64,000 nucleotides of DNA, taken from Macrostomum lignano. Its lineage: Eukaryota. Position numbers and translations under genes: made by a program. Location of the stretch: the NCBI GenBank assembly GCA_002269645.1, contig NIVC01000323.1, forward strand, positions 124,001 through 188,000. The letters are read 5' to 3'. Under the pieces are notes generated by a model. It worked only from the letters and a program-made list of their open reading frames with translations. It was not told the DNA's origin and ran no database searches. This document shows positions 49,664-61,741 of this stretch, one piece after another (within the stretch, counting starts at the first letter, position 1; every line of letters starts with the position of its first letter).

Positions 49664-50834
49664 ATGAGCACTAGAGAGCAAAATTTACCAGAGACTCTCG
49701 AGCGGCCTGAAGTTTCACCTGTTGTTCTTGACGATCTGGAGAATAACTTTCCCGAAATCGGCAAAGTGGAAGAGACAGCCGGAGTTCTTCCACTGATCGG
49801 TATAAACTTCGACAATTTTGAGGCGAGAATTCTGGAGAAACATGAGGCTGACCGTTTTGAAACGGCCTACGATACTCGTGGCAATCCTAGAGGTCTCTGT
49901 CTTATCATTAACAATAAAAGTTTTGCTGGTAAACTCGAAGACAGAACCGGAACGGATGTTGACCGTGATAATTTGAGCAATCTGTTCAACAAACTTCTGT
50001 ACAAAGTGGAGATTGTAAACAACCAAACTGCCGAGGGAATGAAGGAAACATGCAGGCGCTTCATTCTCGATCCGGAGCACGAACGGTACAGCTCGTGCGT
50101 CTTGGCGGTTCTGTCGCACGGCACAAATGGCAAAATACTGGGCTCGGACAGCAAGCCTGTGGACGAGTACAAGGACATCCTTTCGCTGTTTAACCATTCA
50201 GATTGCAAGCTAACCGGAAAACCGAAGTTTGTCATCATTCAGGTAAATATACATGTAGGACAAACTGTACTTTAAAACAGCCAAAGCCTCTATGCATTTC
50301 ACGGTTTTGAAATTTCAAGGCTTACCTTGCTGAATATAATTCCTAAGACACAGTACTTCTCTATTTTATATTTTACCTCCGCCATTCATGTGTGAAACAC
50401 CCTGGCAGGCCTGTCGAATCGAACTCGACAGAACTGACAAAGGCACCCAGCATCCCATGGTCGATCAGGAGGTCAGCGACGGTCCAGTGGTTGAGGGTGA
50501 CGAAAACTTCGACCTCGTGGATCATCTCCGACGGCTCAACTATGGAGATGCCCAACGGGTGGAGAACAGGCTCACGCCAGACTTCGCGGACCTGCTCATC
50601 GCCCACTCCACCTTGCCCGGGTACTTCAGCTGGCGCCACACCAAGCAAGGCAGTTGGTTTATCCAAGCTATCGTGCAAGTCTTTTCGATACACTTTCACT
50701 CCGAGCACGTGGCCGACATGATGGTGCAGGTGAACGCTGTCATTAGTAAGGCGTTCGGCAGGAACATTCGCTGCCAGATGCCCAGCCCTACCAACCATCT
50801 GCGCAAGAAGTTCTACTTTTTCCCCAGCAAGTGA
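49664..50834 (+). CDS. Caspase (peptidase C14A). Exons (at or before 49664)-50242 and 50409-50834; about 334 aa from this ATG, and upstream prodomain exons are possible.
   Basis: RGLCLIINN, RTGTDVD, VLAVLSHG, GKPKFVIIQ|ACR, DLLIAHST.PGYFSWR...GSWFIQ, QMP. The phase-0 intron GTAAAT..GGCAG splits Q|AC. Confidence 0.92.
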
Positions 50835-53601
50835 AAGAGACTGCATGGCCTGTTTTTAGCGAGAATTGAAGGCGTTCGTGGCATTCACAATTCAATGTCT
50901 GACCATACATGCATGTGTACGCGCTGCAAACCACAAACCAAAAACAATGAGCGTGTTTCACTGCTATTTAGGTTATTTATTTACTGATTTACTATTTTAG
51001 TTGACTAATTATTTTTTTTAATCAAAAAAGACTGGATATATATATTATTTACAGCAGCGAGTCGTATCCGATTTTATTATCACTATTTTACAGGGAAGAT
51101 CCACAAAGTCCATGTCTTTAACTCAGTGCCTGTCTTTACCCTGTCCGTTTCCTTTATTTATTATTCATTAAATATAGTTACTTTGCCTTGCATTGATATT
51201 GTTTTTGTGATTTTATTGGCTTAGATGACTAAAAATTTGTTTTACTGTATTAACGTAACCAAAAGTCGCTACACTTATGTCGAATTATTCGGTTTTGCAT
51301 GAGGTCTTAACTGATTGGAGTTCGGCTGCTGACCACACACATGTAACCAACACGTTGATAACTTACGGTAGATCTGATCTACCCAACCCAAATTCAAAGT
51401 AGACACACTTGATTTCCAATTACCCCAGCTGCTAGATTATCAATTGCATCACTGACCATCCGTCTGAAAAATAAAAATACATAATTCGAGTAATCTCTTA
51501 CAAACATTTTTTCATTTTCTATAATTGGCATGAGTGGCGATGCAGAGGCGTGAATCATCATGGTATGCTGCACAGGATGCAGAAGCAGAGTTGATGATGT
51601 TTATGGTTCGCTCTGAGCCAGTTCGTCACAGTTCGGCTTTGCTAGTGCTTCAGCATTAAAAATGTAAACAGTTGTCATGCTTTATCTGACTCCACCTCTT
51701 AGTGGCACAAGAGTGTTATCCAACCTGCACTGTGCTGAAATATTCACTGCTGACTTCAGTTTGATTAACTTAATGTCTGCATCTCGTAAAATTGAATCTC
51801 GTACGCAAAAGGAGTATTCGAGCTTAGCTAGGGGAAAAGGAGATATGTGAGATTAAAAGTCAAAATGGAGCCCGAATCATTCGGTCCCTACTATACGCCA
51901 GTCTCTTCATTGGAGCCAAAAGTTATCGGTATGCCGAAACCTGGGGATCTCTATGGGGAGAAATAATATAAATTGGAATTTCGATGTGAACTCGGTAGGG
52001 TTTCTATCCCCACCTTGATGAAGATATTTCGAGATACGTTTCGAGACGGAGGGTAGCAAACACCACTTTTTTGCACATTTATATCGTGGTTAAAGGTGCT
52101 AAGCTCTCTCACAACCATTTCTCCCCGGCCATAGGATTCCCGAATGCTAAAGGTGCGTGCGGGTTTTCGACATAACGGAAGCTTTTTGACTGCAATTTAA
52201 TGAAGAGATTAACGTAAGGTAATCGGGACCAAAATGTTTCGGGCTCCATTCGAGAGCACTATAAAAGTTCAAAATACATGACTTAAACAGGAAGGGAATT
52301 TCACTTTCCACCCCACAGGTTATTTTGAGCAGGTCCAATTTTCGTAAAAGATCTTTGGTCTCGCAGACCAGTTTATGATTTGCTAATTTAAACTGTCACG
52401 GTGCGTTTTAGTTCTGCATGAGCTTAAAATTTCCCGCACGTACCGGTACATGTATATCTCGGTGTACTTGCAACATTTTAAGCTATGATAAGAGTGACTT
52501 AGCTTTGTAGAGTGCTCTGCGCTCTTTGTATAAGAGTTAGAAATCTGCAGTGAGAATACAACAAAGGCCCCGGAGACAAACGCGTATACTTTGTCTCCAG
52601 TGTCTCGTAAATTCCAGTTCAGAACTGACTTTGTGTGTTCTGATTGATTTCGATACATAGTAATGTAGAAGCCTGTCGATCAGCACTCGAACTCGATCAG
52701 ATTCGTCACAATTAGATATACGCGTACTTTTCTATCGGTATACATTAAAGCTACACCCAAAAGCACAGACAATATTGTAGTGTCTATGCAATAGTAGCAA
52801 GGCGAGATCAGAGTAAATATTGATAAGCTGGCATAAAGGTTGAGAAGCAGCCAGGACAAGAGAATCTTGCAAACAACTGTAGGGATCTACAGGGTCTGCA
52901 AGTGTATATACGCTGGTCCTTGGTCGGCAGTTCTATCTTGAGTTCACTACATCCAGTAATACGGTAATAATTAGATAAGTTGAAGATGATGTTACCAGTA
53001 TGTTGCAAACAAAGGACTAGCTAAGCACCATGTGGAAATCAAACTTAAATAAATTTAGTAGTTAGCAACACGATGCTTTTTACTTGCTGGCTTACGCGCT
53101 GATATAAGATATTAAGATACTCGTATTTGGTCGTTTAATAACTTGGAAGTTTGACAGACACTAGAAAAATCACGTTTAAGCTCTCGTTTATGCTCTTTCT
53201 GCAGCAAATTTATTGATTGATTATGTATTTAATGCCAAAATTAAAAAATAACTTTCTGAATATAGTACACCTGCTTGGAGTATGCGAGTACGAGGGAGTA
53301 ATTCAAGAGTTGCAATTTGATTAAGCAAGCTACGAGCTAGAAAGTTAGAAAGCTAGAAAGCTACGAGCTCGATTAACAAAGCATCTTTGAAATTAACGAC
53401 AGACCTCTGAAATATATTATTTTAGCATAGATTATTACGTGATATATATCTATGAAAATTTATCTCCAGGGTAATCTATATATGGTAATGTATCTATGGT
53501 AATATATTACAGAAGTCTCTGCGTTTATTAATTTTTATAAAATATGACACATTAGGCTCGATAATTAGACTAGCTACAATTGAGAAGCGATTATGTAAAT
53601 A

Positions 53602-53746
53602 ATAAACGCCGTTTAATTCACATTATGTGGTTAGAATGTCCGAGGCTGCGTTTAATGGTCTCGAGGCGAGCGTAGCAAGCCGAGGACCATTGATTGTAGC
53701 CGAGGATATTCTAACCATAGACTATGATGAATTAAACGGCGTTTAT
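53602..53746. mobile_element. 145-bp palindromic MITE-like element
   Basis: ATAAACGCCGTTTAATTCA...TGGTTAGAAT and ATTCTAACCA...TGAATTAAACGGCGTTTAT form an inverted repeat around a CGAGGCGAGCGTAGCAAGCCGAGG core. Confidence 0.65.
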
Positions 53747-54144
53747 CATATATTAAATTCGATTGCTCCTGATTTCGAGGAGATTATATGATATAATATC
53801 CTAGTTTTTGTTAAAAATTACCACAGACAACACATTCCCGGCTCAGAATAGTAAAATTTTTTAACGACTAAATAAGCAATCGTATTTTATATAAAGCAAC
53901 ACTCGCATGACCGCTCATGTGGTGTTAGTACTGTAGTTGTAAAAAAATTCTCTTGAGTCAACTATATTCCCATGTATAATGCGAACACTTATATCATCAC
54001 TCAATTTACAAACAACAAAAGTGCTTGATGAACTATAATAAGTATAGAAATCAGCTAGGAGTTTACTGTTTTGCTTATCCATGTGCCAGGGTTTATTTCT
54101 TTTAAAAAAATATGTAACCCTAAACGGCACGAATTTTATATCAC

Positions 54145-57100
54145 TCAGCTTTTCTTTTCCGACCACGTCTCTGTGTTTCCAGGCCGGGCCGAACTACTGC
54201 TGCATCGTCTCTCCAGCTTCTGCCTGACCCTGCCGATCTTTTCCTCGTCCTGCGTCTCCATGGCGACGCGTCTCTCTTTCTCGATCATCTCCATCTGCCG
54301 CAGGCTGAGCTCCACGTGCTCGCGGCAGTCGCTGTAGTGAGCCAGAGTGAGCAGCTCCTCCAAGTCCGGGTCTCCAAGCAGCTGTTCAATCCAATGATCG
54401 AATGCGATTACAGGTGCGCGATTGCGGAGCAGCTCGGCTTGGAGACTCCAGCTCAGGCAGCGGAAGTTCACGTACAGGTGGGAGGAGAGAGGCTGCGACA
54501 GTCTGGCTGTGAACAGAGTCTGCGTGAACTCGGGAAGGAATGGGAAGTGAGGCGGAGAGTCGCAGGGGAGGCAGAACCTCCACGCCCAGTCTGAGTCTTC
54601 CGGCAATTTGGTTTCTCTTTGCTCTTTCCCTTGAATATCCTGTGGCTTCAACCCTGACTCAACCTGATGTCTCTGCAGCTCCATCGCGAGTTTCTCAGCC
54701 TCCTCAGATTCTCTGAACTTCAAATGCGCCATGGCGGTCATGCACAGGGCGGCGCACTTGCACCACTGCAGCTCATGCAGGAGACTGAGCTGCCTCATCA
54801 GTGTGCCTCTGTCGCTCGATTCCGACTGCAGCTCGCTCACACACTGATGCACCACACTGTACACATCAGCACACTTCGCGGAGTATAAGTATTCAGGTGG
54901 TTTTCTGATCTCCGTGACAGCAGGCGGCGCTGTCAGTGGTAGCAGAGTGAACGGGTGAAAGTAGAACTTCTCTGACTGCAGAGGTCTCACGAGTCTCCTC
55001 AGCTGCTCGACCACTCCGCCGATGTTGCTTCTCAGCTCAAAAAGTCGGTCTCGAACCCTCGCCTTCGTGTTGTCGAAGTCGCCGCCGATTCCAGCGTTCT
55101 TGAAGTAGAGCGGAGCGTCGGGCATGAAGAAGTGCGGCATGCACTCATCGGGCGAGCTGCTCGAGTCGATGAAGCTCAGCATCATGTCGAGAGACTCCTT
55201 GAGCAGAGCGATCAGATTGTGGGGCTGCCAAGCCACAGTTAAAAAGCCATACTTCTCTAGCATGAAGAAAAGCAGAGTCTTTGCATGGTAGGTTTTGAGC
55301 CCAGATGTGTCCAGATATTTGGGAAGGTATTTTTTAAAAATGAATTTCAAAACTAAAAAGAGCCGACCATGGTCAGTTGAGAGGCTTCGAATTTTGCTTC
55401 TTTCAACGAAGCTGAAGCTCACTCTGAGCTCGTTGGCTGAGTTGGGTCGGGTGGCCCTCACGAGATGAAGGGGCGGGTCAAGTCCTATTCCGATACTGCA
55501 CTCTCCTCCCTTGATTCCCGATCCATTGCAGCACCGGATAGCATGACAGAGGTCCTGTGCAGGCCGCACTCCGCAGGCTGGGCTACTCTTAGCAGGCTGG
55601 CTGCCTGCGATGAATGCAAAACGATAATGTCGAGTAGTTTCTGCTTTTAAAAATAGTCTGAAAAGACGGATAAAAACTAACCAGATCCGGTGGCAACAAC
55701 TGCGTGACCCTCCGAAACCAGAAGCAGCCGAGCGTTTTTGCATCCATCTGACTGCCGCATGCAGAATCCTTCCAGATGCAGCGCTTGCCCATCAGGCAGC
55801 ACAGTCCAGTCGATGTCCGAGTCTGCAGCTGTCCTGCCGTTCACCTGCACCAGACTGTTGGCCCAGCCCTCTGCGTAGCTGCCCGTCATGTGCATGCGAC
55901 CATTGTCCTGTGGGAGGACTTGAGCTGTGGATTCCAGCAGGGAGGCCAAACTCTGTTGGCACCGAGCTCTCTCTTGTGTGAAACCCGCCGCTTCAAACAG
56001 TGCGTGCAACTCCTCACTGAGCCAGTAGTCGCGCTCTTCATCATCTCCGGCTCTGTAGGTGATTTTTAAGCAAACTTAACGAAACGCAAATACATAAATA
56101 CATAAATAAAAAAGAAACAAACAAACTGAAACTTCAGTTCAAGTTTCATGCTTAATCAGTCTGAGCCAGATTCACACATATTTCACGCGAGCAACAGTCT
56201 CAGATGCGGTGTCTCGGTGTTCGACCCATTTACTTGTCATGCGGCAAAGCCGCACGTCAGTGGACCATCAGTCAAAAATAATGATAAGATAAGCGATGCG
56301 TTCTGCCTGAAAAATTATACCTTCTGTCAAGTATTCTCGGGCTACAGATGCCTGCAAACCACTGCCCCACTTCAAATATATTGCGACTTTGTAAGAATAT
56401 CTTAGTAAGAATATATATAACTGAGACATTTAAAAAGCTTTTTACTTTTTAAAACTGTCTTTTATGTACGATCGCAGCACTAGAAATTCATTGAAAATCA
56501 AGAAACAAAGTATAGCAGTAAACAAAAACTCACATAAAAAGATTGAAAAATTTCTGGCATTTTGGCTTCTCGCTCTGTCTGAAGTAGGAAATCCATTGCA
56601 ACATCTTTTATCCTTTTAAACAAATTTATGTAGCTTTCTCAGTTGTCATTTTTCATTTCTTTTTCATTTTTCATTCAAGTTGTCTTTTATCAGTTGAACT
56701 ACTCACCCAGATATCAATTTCATGAGCTGCTGTGAGTGACCGAACTGCTTAGCCACCTGAGCACACGTCAGACCCCGACCGTCTCGATGACTCGCATCCG
56801 CTCCTCTGTCCATCAGAGCCTTGGCTGCTCGCACGTGACCGGCTTCGCACGCTCGTGACAGAGCAGTCCGACCCTGACTGTCTTCAGCGCGCACTGACGC
56901 ACCGAGATCGATGAGTTTCTCAATGAGCTCGTGATGACCTGCATCAGCTGCCAGCATGAGAGCAGTGGCTCCAGTGCTGTCTGGCAGATCGACATGCTCT
57001 GTGGTGACTCGCTCATCATTGACCAGTGTGACAGCAAGAGCGACGTGTCTTTGAGAGATGGAGAGACGGAGCAGCTGTGTGATGTGAGCTGGCTGCATTC

Positions 57101-60100
57101 GAGAGAGGGTGTCGGTGAGAACAGAGTTCCTGCCTTCGATGGCCATTGCTGCAGTGAAGCTGAGGATGGTGCTGTGTTGGAAGAGCCAGTCGGGCTCGAG
57201 GCCGAGGTAGGCAACGACATCTTCGTGAAGACGAGAGCAAGCCTGCTCGACCAGGAGATTTTTGTTTGCAGAGGCCGCTCTGTCAAAAATTGCTTTCAAA
57301 ATGTCAACCTGACCTTCCTTTGCAACAGTTTCTGCAATCTGAATGCAAAAATCTTTAGCAATGGCTGAATCTGCAATAGTCTGCAAGAGATTCTTGACGA
57401 TATTCCAGTTGCGACCACTTGCCGCTCGTTTTGCCACCTCAATGCAATAAAAATCGCGAATCTCATTGCTGGACACCGAATCAATGAGGTATTGAAGCTC
57501 TTCAGGTGGTTCCGGTCCTGAGAAATAATTGATCGCACTTGCGACTTCCATGCAGAACTGATCCTTGAAGCCGTCGGCACCAGCAGCCTGCACCAAGCGT
57601 TTGACGGAGCTCAACTTGTTCTCATCATTAGCGAATACTTCTGACCTCATCCAGCATTGGCTTCGCTGCTTCAGGTCCGCAACAGTCTCAACAAGCAACT
57701 GGAAACATTTCAATCGATTTTGACCGGCTGATGATTTTGCAGCAAGGAAGCAAATCTCGTCCTTGTCGTTCGGGTCAGTGACGGTTGACAGGAGAAATTC
57801 CAGTTCTTTAAATCTACCAAAGCTTGCTGCTGCTACAGCTGCATCTCTGCAACAGTTCCTGCGCATTGCAGCATCTGCAATCCTGCTCAAGTAGGATTCA
57901 ATTTTCTTAAAGTCACCAGATTGTGCAGCCATAATTGCTGCCCGCATTCTGCACTGGTCCTGCGTTTCAGAACTTGAGGCCGAGTCAATTATAAACTGGA
58001 TGAGCTCATTATAACCATATTTATTCTTCCATCTGCCAAACAATTGAATAATGGCCTCCAGGCAGCACTTGTTCTTGACAACAGGGTCCGGAACTGCCTG
58101 CAGGAGTAGTTTTACTGTGTCACAATGATCATTAATGGCTGCCGTCCGAGTTGCCTCCATGCCAACAAGGTTTCTATTATCTGACTCAGCCATTGTTTTT
58201 AGAAACTGTTTCACTATTTCAAACTCGCGATCACTGACTTCCGAATTCCCAGACTTCCTTTGGTTCTGTTGATTCAAGTTTTGCTCAACAACTGTCCTAA
58301 GTATTCTTTCAACTTCTTCCCATATTTTAAATTTCGCTGCATAGCTCGCAAATTCTAGTAAGAACTGACGCCTCATACTTTTATCGAGAATATTCAATGA
58401 AAAATTCAACACTTCAGTTGAAATCAGCGGCCAGGTTAGTAGATCATTGATAAATGCTCCTTTTGACTTGTATAGAGCCGCAAAACTCTGATCCCTCAGA
58501 TTCTGACCAATGATTCGCTGCAAAAAGTACTTCCCTTTGCTCCAACCATATTGCTCCAGAATTGCAGCTGCTGCCGCAATGCAACAGTCATTCTTAGCGC
58601 CGATATCAACTACTGAAGCCAGTAAAAATGTCAGAAAGTGCATGTTACGAGTACTCGTACCTGGCTTCGTAGGTGTGACAATCTCTAAGCAGCACTTGTC
58701 CTTTATGTCTTGAGAAGCGATTGCCTTTATAAAATTCTTTGCAATATCAATTTGACCTTGTTGAGCTGCAAATTGAGCCAAAGAATTGCAGCACTGATCT
58801 TTCAGTGTCTGGTCGAAAATTAAGTTCACCAGAAAGGACCAGGCTGGCCAGTGGATTTTGCTCGAAGCTCGAATCAGATCAGAGCAGCAGCGATCTTTTA
58901 ATTCTTGGTCGGAGATCGCTTGAACCAGAAATTCCACAACCGTCCAATAAATGCTTTGCGCAATTATATTTTTGTGTTCGAAGACACTGATGACGTTTAA
59001 AGTCTCCACACAGCACTTATCTCTCTGAGACTGTGAAGAAAGTTTAAAGAAAAAGTACTTGGCCTCTTGTATGCAACCAGTTGATGCATAGTACTTCACA
59101 GCCTGCATGCAGCACTCGTCCTTTACATCTTGGCGCACAACTGCAGGCAACATGCATTTCACCAGCCCAAACTGGTTGCTCCATGCGGCAGACTCTGCAG
59201 CTCTTGCCCAGCACTGCTCCTGCACGCTCCGCTCTGACGCCCTCTGCACAGCGAATTGCACGACTTCGAGGCGACCAACTGCTGCAGCAGATTCTGCGGC
59301 TATGAGACACCACTGGTCTTTTGCTTGACGGTCAGTAAGAAACTCAAAAAACATTTGCCCCTCTGGCACCTGATTTTTGACCTGTTCATCTCTTTCATTG
59401 TCCCTGATGATATCGGCTTGATGTTCTCCAAGACGCAATAACTCCCCATTGTTAGAAGAATAACCTTTAATAGCTTTCTGAGTAGCCTCAATGCAGCACT
59501 CATCCTTGAGCTTCTGATCAGCAATTGACTGCACCAAGTCTTTCGTCAGGTCAAGGCGTCCGGCCTCGGCGTAGATGACTGCAACCTGTTTGCAGCACTG
59601 GTCTTTTGCGCTTCTGTCGGTGATTCGCTCGGACAGAAACTGCACGGTATCGAACAGGGCGAATGCGGCTGCGAAGCATGCGGACTCGGAGCAGCACCGG
59701 TCTGTCACCGCTGGGTTGGAGGCGGCCTGCAGCAGGAGCTTCACCACCTCCCACTGGGACTCGCTGGCTGCGAGTTGGCACACCTCGCCACAGTAGCTGT
59801 TCTTGATGTCCTGGTCAGAAGTTTCTTGAAGCAGAAACAGGAACAGATTCCAGTGACGCGCGCTTACAGCCAAGTTCATTGCCTTCAGGCAGCAGCTATT
59901 CTTTACATTCGGGTCAGCCGCAGTCTGAACCAAAAACTTGATCGTCTCCCATTGACTTGACCTTGCAGCAGACTTCACCGTCTTCTGACAGCACAGGTCT
60001 TTCACAGATTGATCGGCGATTGCTTCCACAAGGAACTTCAGCATCGCCCATTCGTTTGACAGGGCGGCGACTTTTGCAACTTCGAGGCAGCACTCGTCCT

Positions 60101-60293
60101 TTAGGCTCGAGTCTTCAGCTGCTTGCACCAGAAGTCTGACGAGTTCCCACTGGCGAGAGCGAGCAGCCAATCGAATAAGTTTGTCTGCAGCTTTGCCTTT
60201 CTCAGCCTCATCTCCGATTGCCTGTAGGAATGCCTCAACCGCCTGCGAGTCTCCGATGGCCACAGCATCCTTGATGTTGACTGGTTCGGCCAT
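54145..60293 (-). CDS. Ankyrin-repeat / Mab-21 (cGAS-like, cGLR) nucleotidyltransferase fusion, copy 2. Exons 60293-56707, 56052-55682, 55604-54145; about 1805 aa.
   Basis: Donor GTGAGT at 56706 (phase 2) matches CTACAG|A at 56053 (phase 2). A 77-nt GTTAGT..CGCAG intron is phase 1. The exon sum is 5418 nt, a multiple of 3. Motifs: GSYAEG, DSDIDW, DLCHAI, LRVSFSFVE, LKTYHAKTLLF, MPHFF. Confidence 0.82.
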
Positions 60294-61259
60294 TTGCCTT
60301 CAGAATTCTCAGCTGTGCCCCCGAGAACAGTTTAGTGGGCCTTAAACAGATGGGATGTAAATTACTGGTTTGAAGCTTGATGATATCGTGAATCTATAAA
60401 TTGGTTGGAATTTTTACTTTGTGTAACTTCTATATCTAGATACTCGTATATTTACGTATCGATAATAAACTGTTTTAAAAAGCAACGATTTTATGTTATT
60501 GAACGAGTTTTACTAATCTACCCCAGAGCAATACATTTTATCCAAGAAGAATTTTTCTGTTTAAAATCTAAAATAACTGAGACTTTTAAACTGCGCTTAT
60601 TTACTCGTACAAAATTTCATGGTTTTAGGATGAATGCATCCAAAAACATTGATTGTGACTCGCACTTTGTACAAAATATCCAACATGAGAACTGAAGTTA
60701 CTGCTATTCAAAAGTTAAAGAATTTTATTAAACCTGAAATGTACGAACTAAACTGATAAAGGCATAAACTAAGCGAGTGTAGTAAATTCAGTACAAACCG
60801 ATTTCGTATACGGTAGATTAGTGGCCTTTGGCTCGGCGTAATAAGCTTTTGGCGTAATCCGACGCTATTACTAAATGAGAAAACTGAGACTTGTGCGTAC
60901 GCGCCTCGATCTTCTGGCTAAAAAATTATGGCTAGGTAAGTTTTTTTCCTTGCCGATGCTTTTATTAAAACCTTCAGTTGATGCGCAAAGATCTTCGCTC
61001 ACAATCTCAAGACAAGCGCTGCCGTCCATTATTTGTTTATTCATGCACCTTTTAATGCGATGCGAGGGTACGCATACGAGGGTACGCGTAAGATAGCTGA
61101 GACTGTACAGCCCTGTCTTCTGTCTTCGCTTTTAATCTACACGGCTTTTTATAGCTGTATGTGACCATATACAGTAGGTACATTTTGTCAAAATAGAGAT
61201 TCTGCACTGGACCTTGCTCTCGCTTCGCTTATTTTGCATGAATTTTTGCTGCAATTACA

Positions 61260-61545
61260 TGCACATTACAACCTCTATTGTGCTGTACTATTGAACTTGT
61301 TTTCTTGTACAATTAAACTTGATTGTCTTGTACTATTGAACTTGTTTTCTTGTACAATTAAACTTGATTGTCTTGTACTATTAAACTTGTCTGATACTTT
61401 TGACTTGTCTGGTACTATTGAATTTGTCTTGTACTATTGAACTCGCCTGGTACTATTGAACTTGCCTGGTACTATTGAACTTGCCTGGTACTATTGAACT
61501 TGCCTGGTATTATTGAACTTATCTCGGTACTATTGAACTTGTCAA
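61260..61545. repeat. Short tandem repeats (GTACTATTGAACTTGCCTG-type) and a local duplication
   Basis: Direct reading. Confidence 0.75.
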
Positions 61546-61741
61546 CAGAATTTGAAAACTATAGTATATTTAGAAAGAAAAATTTTAGACTAAACACTTT
61601 CTCGCATACTTATTGTCTGTAAGATCTATAGTTGACGCTATTTTTATATAGCAAAATGCACATGTAACTCCCTTGCATATTAAACAGGCAATCTTAATCT
61701 ACATGCTTTACAAACAGAAAACCGAAAATTCCTATAATCCA

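Noticed and set aside
40000-50834. E2 enzyme, 3'-5' exonuclease and caspase between cGAS-like genes, reminiscent of bacterial CBASS accessory genes
   Set aside because: UBE2J2, the WRN-type exonuclease and NDUFAF7 are ordinary eukaryotic genes (UBE2J2 and NDUFAF7 with clear introns). There is no operon-like structure, so the analogy is probably coincidental.
51361-51470. Apparent minus-strand exon with good splice sites (TTTCAG..GTAAGT)
   Set aside because: All three frames contain stops. At most it is a UTR or lncRNA exon, which cannot be supported without transcripts.
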